From assembly GCF_023055435.1 (NCBI RefSeq), contig NW_025963779.1:42780001-42844000 (forward strand): DNA of 64,000 nucleotides, read 5' to 3'. This document shows, piece by piece, positions 12,832 through 25,945 of the stretch. The DNA is from Haliotis rufescens (taxonomy: Eukaryota). Made by a program: the position numbers and the translations under genes. The notes beneath the pieces are model-generated. The model saw nothing but the letters and a program-made list of their open reading frames with translations, had not been told where the DNA came from and did no database searches. Position 1 is the stretch's first letter. Each line of letters begins with the position of its first letter.

Positions 12832-14434
12832 CACAGTAAAAAAAGTGTTGCACCCCCTATACTTTTTCATGGAGGGGTGTTTTGAAAGGGTGTAAAGATA
12901 ACCGAATTAATATTATAACCAGGATTTCGTGTATACCAACAAACCAGTGTATTGTCTATACAATGAACTTAAATGGGGTATTCCATGACCTTATGGCATG
13001 TTATAATCTCATGCTGAACTTTTACGAAAAATGAACGAACAACGAAGACGCATTAAGTATGGTGACATCTCAATAATTTTTAGTGACCAAATTCATCCAA
13101 TAGGGTAAGAATGTCATATGGAGATTTGACGAACACAGTAAGTCAATATCGAGAACTTCCACCAAGCACTTGGATCACAGCTTGAAGTCTTCGTCTCATA
13201 CTCCTCACCAGACGTTGGAATCGCTCCATGGGCAGCTGCTGCCACTCCTCGTGTAATGCTGCTTCCAATTCACGCAAGTTCTGTGGAGGAGGGTCCCGAC
13301 GATAAATCAGGCGTCCCAAAATGTCCCATACATGTTCCAGAGGATTCAGATCTGGACTCATTGCTGGCCATGGAATCTGCGTCAGAGCATTGTTGTGGAT
13401 AACCTGGGTCACAGCTCGTGAACGATGTGGTCTGGCATTGTCATCCATGAATATCGGTCTGGTGGCCAGTGGATGATTGTCAAAATGGGGCACCACAACT
13501 GGATTCAGCACCTCTTGGATGTAGCGCTCCCCTGTCAAGTTGCCTCGTATGGTCACTAAATCAAGCTTACAATCAAATGAGAAGCATCCCCAGACCATAA
13601 CAGATCCACCTCCATATGGTACAGTTGGCATGATGTTTCTTGCAGTATAAGCTGTTCCAGGACGCCTCCATACTCTCACTCTGCCATCCACAACATGCAG
13701 AAGGAACCTGCTTTCGTCCGACCAGTGGACTCTTCTCCAGGACCTCAAGTTCCAGTTCTGTCTCAGTCTACACCAGGCTAGACGTAGTTGTTTGTGGTTG
13801 TCTGTGAGTTTAGGTCGCTTGATAACCCTTCTGGACTTCAACCCTGCAGCTTTAAGACGATTTCTCACGGTCTGGGTACTGAACTGTTGACGAGGAAGCC
13901 AAAGACGTTTCAAGGTTGTGCTTGTAGCAAATGGATGACGCCTTACCACCCTCAACAACGCTCTGTCATCTCTAACTGTGGTCTTTCGTGGTCTGCCAGA
14001 GGGTCTGCGATTCCTTACATCATTAGTTTGTGCGTGTTTTCTGACCAAACGGCTTATTGTTGAGTAGTGATGTCCGGTTCTTCTGCCAATCTCCTTGAAC
14101 AAAAGACCTGCTCCATGAAGGCCAATAATCTGCCACTTGACTGCTTCTGACAATCGTCTACCCGGCATTGTGGGTTACAATAAACTGGGCTGTCAGAGAA
14201 CATCTTTTATAGGCGATGTTGAGCTTAAGAAGATACTGCAATCTGCAAATGTCATGCACCATGCAATTCACGTGCTGATTGCTACGTTTTGGTGATCATC
14301 TTCCCTCCGAAAACATTACACATTTAACATCAGATCCCCAAGGAATACCTACCATTAAAACCAGAGTCGGGCGTTTTAAATGTTGTGATGTATCAAACGT
14401 ATTAATGTGGGGGTGCAACACTTTTTTTACTGTG
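12832..14434 (-). mobile_element. Intact Tc1 DNA transposon (1603 bp)
   Basis: Perfect 26-bp TIRs CACAGTAAAAAAAGTGTTGCACCCCC at 12832-12857 and 14409-14434, TA on both flanks, uninterrupted transposase. Confidence 0.97.
13143..14168 (-). CDS. Tc1 transposase, DD34E, 341 aa
   Basis: Paired-like HTH, GRPRKTT, WSDESRF, MDDNARPH and SPDLNPLEHVW; 34 residues between the second D and the E. Confidence 0.97.
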   Translation of the reverse strand: MPGRRLSEAVKWQIIGLHGAGLLFKEIGRRTGHHYSTISRLVRKHAQTNDVRNRRPSGRPRKTTVRDDRALLRVVRRHPFATSTTLKRLWLPRQQFSTQTVRNRLKAAGLKSRRVIKRPKLTDNHKQLRLAWCRLRQNWNLRSWRRVHWSDESRFLLHVVDGRVRVWRRPGTAYTARNIMPTVPYGGGSVMVWGCFSFDCKLDLVTIRGNLTGERYIQEVLNPVVVPHFDNHPLATRPIFMDDNARPHRSRAVTQVIHNNALTQIPWPAMSPDLNPLEHVWDILGRLIYRRDPPPQNLRELEAALHEEWQQLPMERFQRLVRSMRRRLQAVIQVLGGSSRY

Positions 14435-14727
14435 TATATGTTCATTTCTGGTTCAAGCCTTAAAAGATACTTACAACTGGAGGCAAAAGTCAGAATAGAG
14501 AGACCCTTAGGACATGTCTGAGAAGACAAATACTTCATAGGGAAAATGTTGAGGCATTGTCAACTACCAGATGACAAGTGGATACCATCTGTGCAGACTA
14601 TGATGCACTGCATGAGTCCGATGTAATTCATCCATCAAAGCATTACTTTTAACTGTGGCTACCTGAGAACCCATTTTTCTGTATTATGAAGACTGTAGCT
14701 ATTGCAATATAATTGAGGAACTTTATG

Positions 14728-14926
14728 GCTGGGTGAGTGAGTGAGTGAGTGAGTGAGTGAGTGAGTGAATGAGTATGGTTTTACACCACTTTAAGCAATA
14801 TTCCAGCAATAGCACGGCAGGGGACACCAGAAATGGGCTTCACACATTGTATCCATGTCGGGAATGGAACCCGGATCTTCGGCGTGACAAGCAAACTCCT
14901 TAACCACCAGGTTACCCAACCGCCCC
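14728..14926 (-). mobile_element. tRNA-derived SINE with (ACTC)n tail
   Basis: Minus-strand head GGGGCGG.. A box TAACCTGGTGG, B box GGTTCCATTCC; (GAGT)n at 14733-14774; 12-bp TSD AGGAACTTTATG at 14716-14727 and 14927-14938. Confidence 0.9.
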
Positions 14927-15289
14927 AGGAACTTTATGAGAATATCCTGTTTTATGATACATGCATAAAAAAATACCATTTTCTGGTCCTGCCAATTCCC
15001 ATCCGAGGAATCACTGGATCAGGTGGATATGACATCATGCAAGAGGATTTAGCATCACATGAATGCATAAACATGTCTGTTTTCATGTCCATTCTGGAAA
15101 TGTCCAACCTGAGCCCTTTTTACCTTGTGCAACATGTGCATGAAGCTGTTGTTGAGTGATTACAGATAACTTGCTGATATTATTGAATAATGTATAACAG
15201 AGATTTACCTTAGAATTCCTCATTTTCAGAAAGCAGTAATCGGTAAAATTCATTGGCTGGCTTGATGATCACCATCTGATATTTTTCAG

Positions 15290-15424
15290 ATGATGTGAAG
15301 AGCAAGCTATTGGCATTATGGAATGGTGGGATGTTTGGTCGCTTGGTGTCCTTAGCATCACTCTCCATCAGCAAAGAGGTGCAATACAACAGTGCTGGCA
15401 TTGTAGGGCAACTGGCTTTACATG
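15290..15424 (+). CDS. Host exon (135 nt, phase 1-1) of an armadillo-repeat, Vac8-like protein
   Basis: TTTTTCAG acceptor and G/GTGAGT donor; reads DVKSKLLALWNGGMFGRLVSLASLSISKEVQYNSAGIVGQLALH, an ARM-repeat pattern resembling Vac8 EVQGNSAAALGNL. Confidence 0.8.
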
Positions 15425-15773
15425 GTGAGTATGATACCACATTGCTGGCATTGTAGGGCAACTGGCTTGACATAGTGAGTGTGCTACCCATTATTCCGTG
15501 ATATGTAGATCAGCTGACCTGAAGGGTCATGAGTGTTTGTCATGCTGCAGACTCTCTTCTCCTCTTCTTTGCAGATTTCTTTCTCAGATGTTCACAAAAC
15601 CTGTGATTTAAAACTTGGTAGCCATGGCAGCCATTGTGAATTTTTTATTGTTGCCCATAATGCAATTAGTACATGTGATCCGCAGAATAACAAAAGACGT
15701 GGGTATCTTGATTATGATCCTGTCATGACCTTTGACCTTCCCAAACCTGTGATAATAAATAGAACATTTTTAA

Positions 15774-18700
15774 ACTTATCCTATCTCACACTTTGCATTT
15801 CTTCCTTCTTCTTCAATCCAATGTGGAAACATGCTTGAACCCTGTTTCCAGCATCTAAATTAGAAATATTCACCCGAACACCATTTGCATCTCCATGGTT
15901 ACGTGCAGTAGCTAGGTCAATTGTGTGCTTCCCATGCATGGCAAGCCTGCTGGAACTGACCATGTGCATACCTCTGCCAACTCATTTTGTTTCTCATCAC
16001 CCGTGTGGTGACATGTTTTACCATCGAAGAGAAGTTTGTTTGTCCTGTACTGTGTACTGTGAAGAATTACACAGCCCACTTCAACATTGGACCCTCACTC
16101 CTTATGCTGTGACTGTCGCAGGCAGTGTTCATTGAATTAACAGTATGCAGAGTGTCATGCCTTGCCAGATTCTGCCTTCTGTGTCTATCTTCAGCAATGT
16201 CGTTGCAGGTTATCAGACTGGCGTTCTAAGGCCAAGGATTCAACTAAGAAATTCAAGACTTGCTCTTAACTTCAATCAGAAGAACCCTTACTTTCTGTCA
16301 CGGATGATACAATATGGAACACTTCACAATCTCCTATACAAGCCGATGTTCGTTCCGTCCAACTGACTGATACCGATGACGCTCACGCTCCCATTCAAGT
16401 GACCGATCACGCTACCACCTTTAAGATACCTACTTGTCCTGTTCCTACAGCTGATTGTGATAAGAATGATGGTTCTACTACCTCCTGGGATGCTTCTGGT
16501 CGTCATGCTGAGGATCAACGATCGAATGATATCGAGACCCTTACTACCAGTGACCCAGATACCCATACCCACAAAGTTTTTCACTCGGGCCCTCCCGGGT
16601 AGGGTGGTTTCCGTCATCTATGTGAAAGACTCCATGTACCCCATTCATCCTTGAAGATACCGGCACTCATGGAATGTCAGCTAGGGTAATCTAGGTATCT
16701 ACACTGTTTCAGAAGCACTGGACATCCTCCTATGTGGTTGAAGATCAGGACCTGACACACTTGGATACCACGGTATGCCATACATTATCTCTAGTGTCTA
16801 CGATCCTGTCAGCAACGGACGCCCTCTCTGTCTCTCTCTCCACTCATTCTCACAATGACGCTTTTAATCAAGGAGTGATAAGCTTTATACACGATAAGCT
16901 CACACAGATTCTGGGACTTCTCTCTCACCATTCTGGCTCTATGACAGCTATTCGTCACCGTTGGATACTACAACACTCTTCCTATGACGATCAGTTCAAG
17001 GCAAAGCTCAACAACACCCTGTTTGCAGAGAGACTCTAGCCTCCGGTCACTGTGGACCTTTTACATCTCCAGAAGACACAAATGGAAGATCAGGAAAAGA
17101 AAGAGCGGAACTGTCCACAGTTCGTTCCTACCCAGTGTGAACTTCTCACCTATGAACCTAATCCCTATCACGGACGCAGAAGAGGACAACAAGGTTCGAG
17201 ACCTTTTGCAGGACGATCAGTCTCCTCTACCGAACGAAAGTGAACCTTCCCGAGGGGAGGTTCAGCAGGAAACTGACTCCTTTTCACTACTGCATGACTG
17301 GGAACTTCCGCCTCCAGCTGTTACAGACACGCTCATAGGTGGAAGACTGGGGCTATTTGCAGGCAACTGGAGCATCCTTGCAGACACCTTCTTGACACAG
17401 TTACTACAGCACAGACTACCACTGACAACCCAAACACCTACGACGTTCCAGCCCCTACGAACATATGCGGCCAGGCAACTATCAACGTTGATCGGGGCTA
17501 TAGGTATGTTACTTGTAAAAAACGCAATCGAATGTCTCAGCCCGCTTCCCATGACTCCGGGGTTTTATTCACCCATATTCTTTATCCCCAAGAAAGACAG
17601 TCTAAAACTATATGACTCATCTTCAAAATGAAGGTTTTCAACGCTACGTACTTAGAAGGCCGCCAAAGTTTCTCATGACGCCGATCTCTCGCCTTCGCAT
17701 GCTCATTCATCCCGGCAATTTTATGGTCAGTCTCAATCTCCAAGACACTAGTCTGCACGTTCTCATCCAACAGGAGCACCATCACTTCCTACGTGTTTTT
17801 TTTCAAGGCCGCCACTACCAATGGAAGGTGCTCCATGTCTCTGCATTCAAGTTCGCTCACATGCCGATATCCTCTGTCAACAACTCGACTTCATGCATCC
17901 ATCGACTTCTATTTTGCATCTAGGCTGGCTAATCAACATAAACAAATGAGAATTCATTCCCACCCAAAGTCTCAAATCCATAGGAGCCCTATTCGATACT
18001 CAGCAGGGTATGATGTTTGTCGCAAACAAATAGTGGGTAAAGATTCAACAATTCGGCAACAACTCCTGAGTTACCTAATGTCAGAGCAGGCACTCACTGT
18101 GAGGGGTCAGCTGCATCTGCAACAACTTCAATGTTTTCTCTTTCCCTTTATCAAGATTGAGGATTGTCACACACTGATTGCTCATACTGCTCTGACTCCA
18201 CCCTCATCTTCAATGGTGGCTGGTCGCATCAAACGTTTGCAGAGGGGTCTCTTTGAGGCCATTTGTCCAGTCCCTCCATCTGTTCGTCCACGCTTCAACT
18301 GTAGGTTGGGGAGCACACTTTTGAGATCTGCAAGTGGCAGGGCGGTGGTTCCACGACGAGCGTTGCCTCCTTATGAACAATTTCAAAGGCAGCCATTCTA
18401 GCTGTCTTGCATTGGTCCTACGCTCCTCTTCCTTCATGATCCATTCCAAAAACACTGCGGTAGTATGGTACATCAACAGAATTGGATCCACGAAGTCGAT
18501 GTCCCTCCTCCCGCTCACTCTAGAGTCCTTTCAGCTCATCAACTTCCTCAACATCCAACATCAAGGTAGCAGCCACAAATTGACCAGACGACCTTCTCCT
18601 TAGCCTCACTCACAGTGGCTCGATCCCTCCCTTGCAGCACTCAGACTGCAGAAGTCTCTCATCGCCAAAGGCTACTCCCAGTGTGTATTGAAGCCCAAAC

Positions 18701-20873
18701 TGTATCCCATCATTCATCTACCACGCACCTTTATGACCACAAGTGAAAGCCTTTGAGACTTTTTGTTGTGCTCGTGATATTTCAACTCCTACCTCGGCCT
18801 CACCTCAGCAGATCACTGAGTATTTTACATTACCTGCTTTCGACAAGGAAACATAAGTTATCCACATTAGCCACCTACCTCGCAGCTATCAACTCTGTCA
18901 TTGTCACCACTTCAGGGGCAAATGTTTCCACAGATGCAGAACTACAATCGCTCATCCATTCCTACAAATTAGAAGACCAAGCCGCCCATTTTCGGCTCCC
19001 TTTATGGGACCTGACCCAAAGAATTAACTTCCCTGCCAACCTGACCAACTATTTACGATTCCCCCGCTCTTGTCTATCTTGGGATCAAATGACCAGGGAG
19101 ACCTCTCCCTGTGCCCAGCTATATCTGGATGCATCTCGCCACCACAGGCATTCCTGGAAGAGACCTTGTCAAGTGCTTCTCACAGGAAATTTCTATCCTT
19201 CTGGCTTCGCTCCATCATCCTGCGTATACCTTTGCCAGGCTGCCTGTACCCACTATGTCCATTCCTCGAGAGATTTGAATGGTTGCTTCTACCATGGCTC
19301 TATACACTGTAACTGTACCCTTTCAGCCATCATGGATGGGTGCTTTTGGAAGTCTGATACAGTTTTCATGTCTCACTATCTCGCGACATCTCAGTCACAG
19401 ACGTACAAGGGCTCCACAAGTTCGCTCAATTGGTGTTGGCACAACAACTGTCTCACCCAAGTTCATGCAGATAAAGCTCTTATACATCAAGATCATTGGG
19501 GGTTACAATCGTTTTACAGAAGAAATCCTTGACCATTTCCTTTGGTGTTTTTTTATTGTTTGGGTCTTCCAAGATTGAGTCCCTTTTGGAGGGTGGATTA
19601 GCTCGTTCGTGGAGACTTTTTAGTCTTCATCCACAAAGTCACCATCAGGTGTGTCTGTTCATAAAACTAAGAATGGTGTCCCGAATCTTTATTCAAAACA
19701 TCTCTGCTTTGGTTGCTTATCATGTAGGGTTTTGGTTTGATGGTCCTTGCTATGGAATTGTTGATCGTTATTCTTTTCGTCTTGGTTCGCTTCATGCATT
19801 CCAATGTGTTTGATAACCTTGACAAAGCATTTCGCTCGTCAGATACCACAACTATTCACTCGTTTCATAAAATTGGTATTACACGGAAGCTCGTTTAGTA
19901 TTCTATACATATCTCACTGTTGTAGTCTATACAGGCAAGGGTATCTGCGGCCCACCATCAAAGCATGGGATAAAATGCAAAGTGGAAATTTTAGTATAAA
20001 ATGTATATTTATGTACTTATCCTATCTTACACACAATAGACCCACCTCACCATCCTGCATTTCAATTCCTCTTCCCCTGATAGCTCTGCGAAAGAGAATA
20101 TGCACATGGTCAGTTCGAGCAGGCTTACCGTGCACGGGAAACACGCAATTGACCTTGCTACTGGACGTTACCATGTAGATGCAGAGGGTGTTTGGGTGAA
20201 TGTTTTTTATTTAGAAGCTGGAAACATGGTTCAAGCATGTTTCCACATAGGATCAAAGAAGAAAAAGGAAGAAATGCAAAGCGTGAGATAAGATAAGTAT
20301 GTACAGTAAACTACATTTATAACAAACACGTTTATAACAAACTGACGAATATAACAAATTGTTCTTTTGGTCCCGGCAATTTGCCATATTTTTTCATGGA
20401 TATAACAAACATGCTCATAAAGAAATAACGGATATATCGAACTCACCTTGTGGTCCTGTGTGAACTCTGTCAACGATAATGTTTAAGTGTACAACAAACT
20501 GTTAATCCCTGAGCTGAACTCCTCATGTGTCACCAGTCTACCTATCAAAACATCGGCGGCCAAGCGCTGCTGATCAAAGCGTCAATAAACAATTGACGGT
20601 AATTGATTTACTGTTATGTACTGACACCTTGTCCTCAAATTACACCCTCAACTTACGATAGTAATACGGTGGTTGAAGTAGTATATTCTGTACATGTACA
20701 GTGCAAACTTTTGTTATTTTTCAAGTAACATGAAGTCACATGACTTGATAAAAGATGTCTGACAGTCGAAATGCATGTAATGAACAACGGATATAATAAA
20801 CTAAAATTAGTGGTCCCTCTGAGTTCGTTATAACCATAGTTTACTGTAAATATACAATATATACTAAAATTTC
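15774..20873 (+). mobile_element. DIRS1-type tyrosine-recombinase retrotransposon (DIRS-A), complete outline, heavily decayed
   Basis: Inverted terminal repeats 15774-15970 and 20099-20298; ICR about 19963-20032; RT scraps GGRL...W, PGFYSPIFFIPKKD, FMVSLNLQD; RNase H NTAVVWYINRIGST; YR scraps STLATYLAAINS and WKSDTVFMSHYL. Confidence 0.88.
20304..20846. mobile_element. Non-autonomous Tc1/mariner-pogo-type MITE inserted in the DIRS-A right end
   Basis: Imperfect TIRs CAGTAAACTA...TTATAAC, TA on both flanks, no ORF; removing it restores the DIRS end. Confidence 0.85.
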
Positions 20874-21034
20874 AATTTCAACTGTATGTTGGATATTTCT
20901 TCAGAAAAAATGTTGTTGCGATACAGTCATACTGTTTTGTTGTATCTTGTAACTCACTTGTTACTTGTTTTTTCATATGGCATTGTTGCTTTATCATTTA
21001 TGACATTTATGACAGTATACATTGTTTGTATCAG

Positions 21035-21160
21035 GTATACCAGATGACCTGAGGGAAACTAATAAACTTGGTATTGTATTGTATATTGACAAGTTTCTCA
21101 AGTCAAAGGACCAAAACTTTCTTCACATCGGTCTTTGGACACTAAGTCAGCTATTGAATG
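21035..21160 (+). CDS. Host exon (126 nt, phase 1-1), next exon of the Vac8-like armadillo protein
   Basis: TGTATCAG acceptor and G/GTGAGT donor; GIPDDLRETNKLGIVLYIDKFLKSKDQNFLHIGLWTLSQLLN resembles the Vac8 C-terminal RFL.S.D..F.HIA.WT..QLL block; in frame with exon 15290-15424. Confidence 0.8.
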
Positions 21161-21809
21161 GTGAGTGATATGTGATTTTACTAAGACTAATAGAAATGTG
21201 TTTGCATTTATTTTGGGATGCATAATATCACTTTTGTCAATTGTCCTATTCTGCTCCAAGAGTATATTTGCTTTCCTAATTACTTATCAGTTAATTAAGA
21301 TATGACTGATATCAAACAATTATAAAAACACCACCTTTGTGTCCTGTTAGCGCTCATGACTGAAATTCTAGTGAGCTAATGTGAGTTAATATGTAATCCA
21401 TCCCAACATCTTCTCCAAAAAAAAGCTGAAATTGGCCTGCACATTCTCAATGTGTTATTAATTGATTGCCTTTGTTGACATTTGAAACAGTTGACCGTAG
21501 CAATATATCTCATAGTTTCAGAGTTGGGTGGTCAGAAATATTAGGGCTACATTTATGAAACACTGCATACAAATTCACCACTCTAGTTGTGCCTTTTGTT
21601 ATTATGGTTTCCAAATGTTTTAGTCCATGGATACTAGTTTGTGATCAAAGGCACATGTGGGGATTTGGTTCAACGGACCGTAGGGCTCTTTTCCGGAGCA
21701 GAATTAATAAACAGGGTGCCGTTGCACAAAGCAATCTTAGTGCTAAGGTGATCATAACTCCCATACCTTAACATACACTTATGAGAGTCATAGTGCTAAG
21801 GTCCCCAAC

Positions 21810-21950
21810 ATCCTTGGGGTGTTTTGTGAGAGGCGACTAAATGAATTGGGTGGTCAGGATTGATGACTTGGTTTATTGGGTGACATTGTACCCTGTCAGT
21901 GTGGGCGGTTTCTTACAATGCAGCATATGTTAGCAAACAAGCAAACAAAG
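21810..21950 (+). mobile_element. Possible old SINE remnant
   Basis: GTGAGAGGCGACTAA..GGGTGGTCAGG resembles a conserved central SINE domain (recalled, not verified); CAAA-type tail. Confidence 0.35.
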
Positions 21951-23059
21951 AATCATACATCAATTCAGGAATTGTTGCAATTTTGTTATGGAAGTATTAT
22001 TTAGATGTTTGAAAATATTATATGCAACATTGTTGTCAAATGAAGAGTTCTACCTATTGATAAGTACCATTACTCATTGACATCATTGGAAGATATAGAA
22101 ATCATTTCAAGAAGTGAGGGAATCATTTGATTTGGTCTTATCATGACCATTTCATACAATTAAATGAGACTTACCCGTAAGTTGAAGTTGGATTGAGATT
22201 ATATTTCATCCAATCATGTCATAAAATGTGATCACGAAAGTCACGAATGTGAGAGCGAAAGCGAGATGCAATTAACAGGTTTCCAGAAGACAGACGTATA
22301 CCATTGAGTTAGACCTGACTAGTCTTCCTAAATTGCTCCAAGTGGTACAATTACAGCAGGAGATATCACACAGTTGAGGGCTTTGGATTTTCCCCACTAC
22401 ACTGTCGACTAGTCTCCAAATGAGGGAGCGTGCTTGAGATCCTGAAGTCCTCAGATGAAAAATTTAAGTTAAAAAATGAATACAACGGAGTTAATAAATC
22501 CTCACTAAGCCTAAACCATCACAAGAGTATGCGGGATGAGCAATAAATGCCAGTCTCTCGACGTGTTGGTGAAACGTTAACTTATGTCAGCAAAATCAAC
22601 GTTTGTTCACTAACATGTCTTCATAACTTGTGAAATTAGGATCACCATGATGCAGAATCATGCTGGACAGAAATGTGGCAGCTCGGATGTGATAGATTTA
22701 TCTAAGTGAAAAAACATCCCTCAGGTCAAATGATGAAAAGGGAGAAGAAATTGGTTAATCAGACTATGATGGGGATATCAACAAGCAAATTGACAACACA
22801 GAATCTGCTTCTTAGACAGTAGATTCAAGAACGTCAACCCATGGCAACCAGGTTGAATGTGACTTGTCGGGTTGAAGGGACCTCTGCTAGAGTAGCTAAA
22901 GTTCTCTGCTGACACTCAAGTTGGAGTTCCTCTTGAAGCTAAGTCTTATTTTGACCTTGAAGCCCTTGAATTAAAACATTGAATATGTATGCCTTAAAAT
23001 GGAAAGTCTGTCCACGGCTATCTCTCTTGTCAGGAAAAACTGCTACACAGCTTCAATAG

Positions 23060-23480
23060 ACTTGATACTCATTGATCATACAGCAAGATCATGAAAAGTA
23101 TGTTAAATTCTTGTGCCAAGGAGTACTTTATCAGTTAACTGCACTCCCGAATGGGCTCAGTTGTGCTCCAGTCTATTCCAAACTGGTCCCTTACTCAAAT
23201 ATCAGATCCAAAGGTCACATAAATGTCTGAAATATTGACAAGACTGAATGTAGCATTTTCATGCAGGAGAATATGGAACTATTCACTTACCTCAGATTTA
23301 TCATTCATCCAATTAAATCAGTTGTGAGGCCGACACTAGAACTTGTGTTCTTAGGTTTTATTACCTTACTTGGTCAGGATGCTAGTGTTACTTACACCTG
23401 AGAAACACAATAAGATTAAGTCATCATGCTCCAGACTCCACAACAAACATCTCATTACATTAAAACACTGTCCAATATTC
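23060..23480 (+). pseudogene. Third DIRS-type RT fragment
   Basis: Manual translation: HEKYVKFLCQGVLYQLTALPNGLSCAP and FIIHPIKSVVRPTLELVFLGFI. Confidence 0.65.
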
Positions 23481-23599
23481 GTAACCATAAAAGAAATAAT
23501 CCCTAAATGCCATTCATTCAAACCTAGATGGCTTAAATACTGACATGCTGAATATTGATAGTGATTTATTATTCTCATGGGGGGATGTGAACTCACAAT

Positions 23600-25945
23600 T
23601 CCTGACGAACTTACATCTCAAATTATAAAGGTTTGTGATAAACATATTCCTAATAATTTTTTTTATCATACAATCAAAGGATCCACAGTGGATCAATAAT
23701 GGAATGCGTTCCTTAATAAGAAAACGAAATCGCCAACATAAGAAAACTAAAAGACGTAATACTCCTTCTGATTAGGCAAATTTTAGGCTGTTAAGAAATA
23801 AAGTAATCGACTATGTCCGTAAGGCAAAGAAGGCATATGCATCTAAAATTGATACTGTATATATTGTTCTCATGGTACAAAGACTTGGTGGCGTTTAGTA
23901 AAGGAGTGTCTTGAACTTAAAACTGCAAAACACAACTTTCCCCCAATTATATTTGGGGATAGGTTGTATGATAATTCCATGGATATTGCTAATATTCTCA
24001 ATAACCTCTTTGTGGACCAATCTCGCATATGTAATCCTGATATGCACCTTCCACCAGTAGAATTAGATAAAGTTGAAAGTCTATTAGTAAATATAATTTT
24101 GATGGAAGATGAAGTTAGGGATATACTACTGTCCGTGTACACCACAAAGGCAACTGGCCCTGATGGTATTGGAAATTAAGTACTTAAAAATACAGCTTAC
24201 AGTTTAGCCCCAATCCTCACTAAACTATTCAATTTCTCTCTTAAACAAGCAATATTGCCATCACTATGGAAATAAGCTCTTATCATTCCTATTCATAAGA
24301 AGAATAGCGTGAATGAATGTACAAATTACAGACCGGTTGCACTCACAAGTTGTTTAGCAAAGATATTTGTAAAATGTATATTTAAACATGTGTATGACTA
24401 TTTAAGGAATAATAATGTGCTCACTTACCTACAATCTGGATTCATGCAGGGAGACTCCACCTCAAATCAGTTGACATATTTATATAACTTTATTGCAAAG
24501 GCTTTAGATGAAGGTAAGGAAGTTAGAGCTGTATTTTGTGACGCAAGTAAAGCTTTTGATAAAGTTTGGCACAAAGGAATAATTTATAAGCTACACCATT
24601 ATGGTATTTGTGGAAATTTATTGAGATGGTTTGATAGTTACTTAGAAAATCGATATCAAAAGGTAGTTATAAATGGCTATAGCTCAGATCCAAAAGCTGT
24701 CTTGGCAGGTGTGCCACAGGGCTCGGTCCTGGGACTATTATTGTTTATTATCTATATCAATGACATTGTTGAAGGAATATATAGTAATATAAGAATTTTT
24801 GCTGATGACACATCTTTGTATGTGATCATAGAAGATCCTGATATAGCTGCTCGTGATCACAATAATGACTTGGACAGAATTTCAGAATTGGCTACAAGAT
24901 GGTAAGTTAAATTTAGTCCCGAAAAAACTGAATCTATTCAATTTACCCGTAAAGTAAACCCTAGTCCCAAACCTAACTTATATATGAATGGTACAGAAAG
25001 CAAAGATGTACAAAGTCATAACCACCTAGGTATTACTTTACAAAGTTACAAAGTAATTGTAAATGGAAAATGCACATTGAGGATATTGTAAGGAATGTTG
25101 TCCTCTGGTTAATTGTTTAAGAAGTTATAAATATCGTCACTCCCGAACTACCTTAGAAACTATGTACAAATCATTTATTTTACCAATTTTTGATTATCGT
25201 TGTCATATTTGGGACAACTGTACTAATGAACAAGCTAACTTATTGGAAAAATTACACTTAGGTGCTTTGAGAACCATATGTGGCGCTGTCCGGGGTAGGA
25301 GTCATCAGAAGATTTACAATGAAACAAATTGTAGGTCATTAAAAGACAGAAGATACAATTTAAGACTGGTAATGTTTTACAATATGAATAACCATTTATC
25401 CCCGGAATATCTTTGTAGGCTTATTCCTGACACAGCTTCAGAAAACAAAAATAATGACTTAAGGGTTAAAACTAATCTTTAAACAGTGAAGTGTAAAACA
25501 AAAGCTTATGCAGATTCATTTATACCAGCTACAACACAACTTTGGAATATGTTACCAGAAAACCTAACAGGGGCAGAGACCATTACACAATTAAAGTACC
25601 AGTATCTGCTTCACATAAAGGGAGATAGTGGTATACACTGGGATTTAAATTATGGAAGCAGATTATGCCAAATCATTCAGTTGCCTCAGGCTTGGCTGCA
25701 GCGATCTTAATGCAGATCAGTATAATAGATATATCTTTGATACAAAAACTTGTTCCTGTGGATATCATACCGAAGTTGCTCTACACTTCTCATTTGTGTG
25801 TACAAATTACTATGTTCTTCAAAATGAAATGTATTTTTACCAACATGGTTATAATTTACAAACTGTGCTATGCAAGAGCAAATCTTAATATTTGATTCAA
25901 TTCCAAACTTTATATTAAACACTGGCAGATTTTCAGTTAAATGAA
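23600..25945 (+). mobile_element. CR1/L2-group LINE, 5'-truncated ORF2 pseudogene
   Basis: KATGPDGI, NYRPVALTS, QSGF, DASKAFDKV, GVPQGSVLG and IFADDT motifs; C-terminal CSCG...E...HF...C. Confidence 0.9.

Noticed and set aside
15574-15605. Alternative terminal exon after a strong TTTGCAG acceptor
   Set aside because: Stops after about 10 codons with no ARM similarity; 21035-21160 is the better continuation
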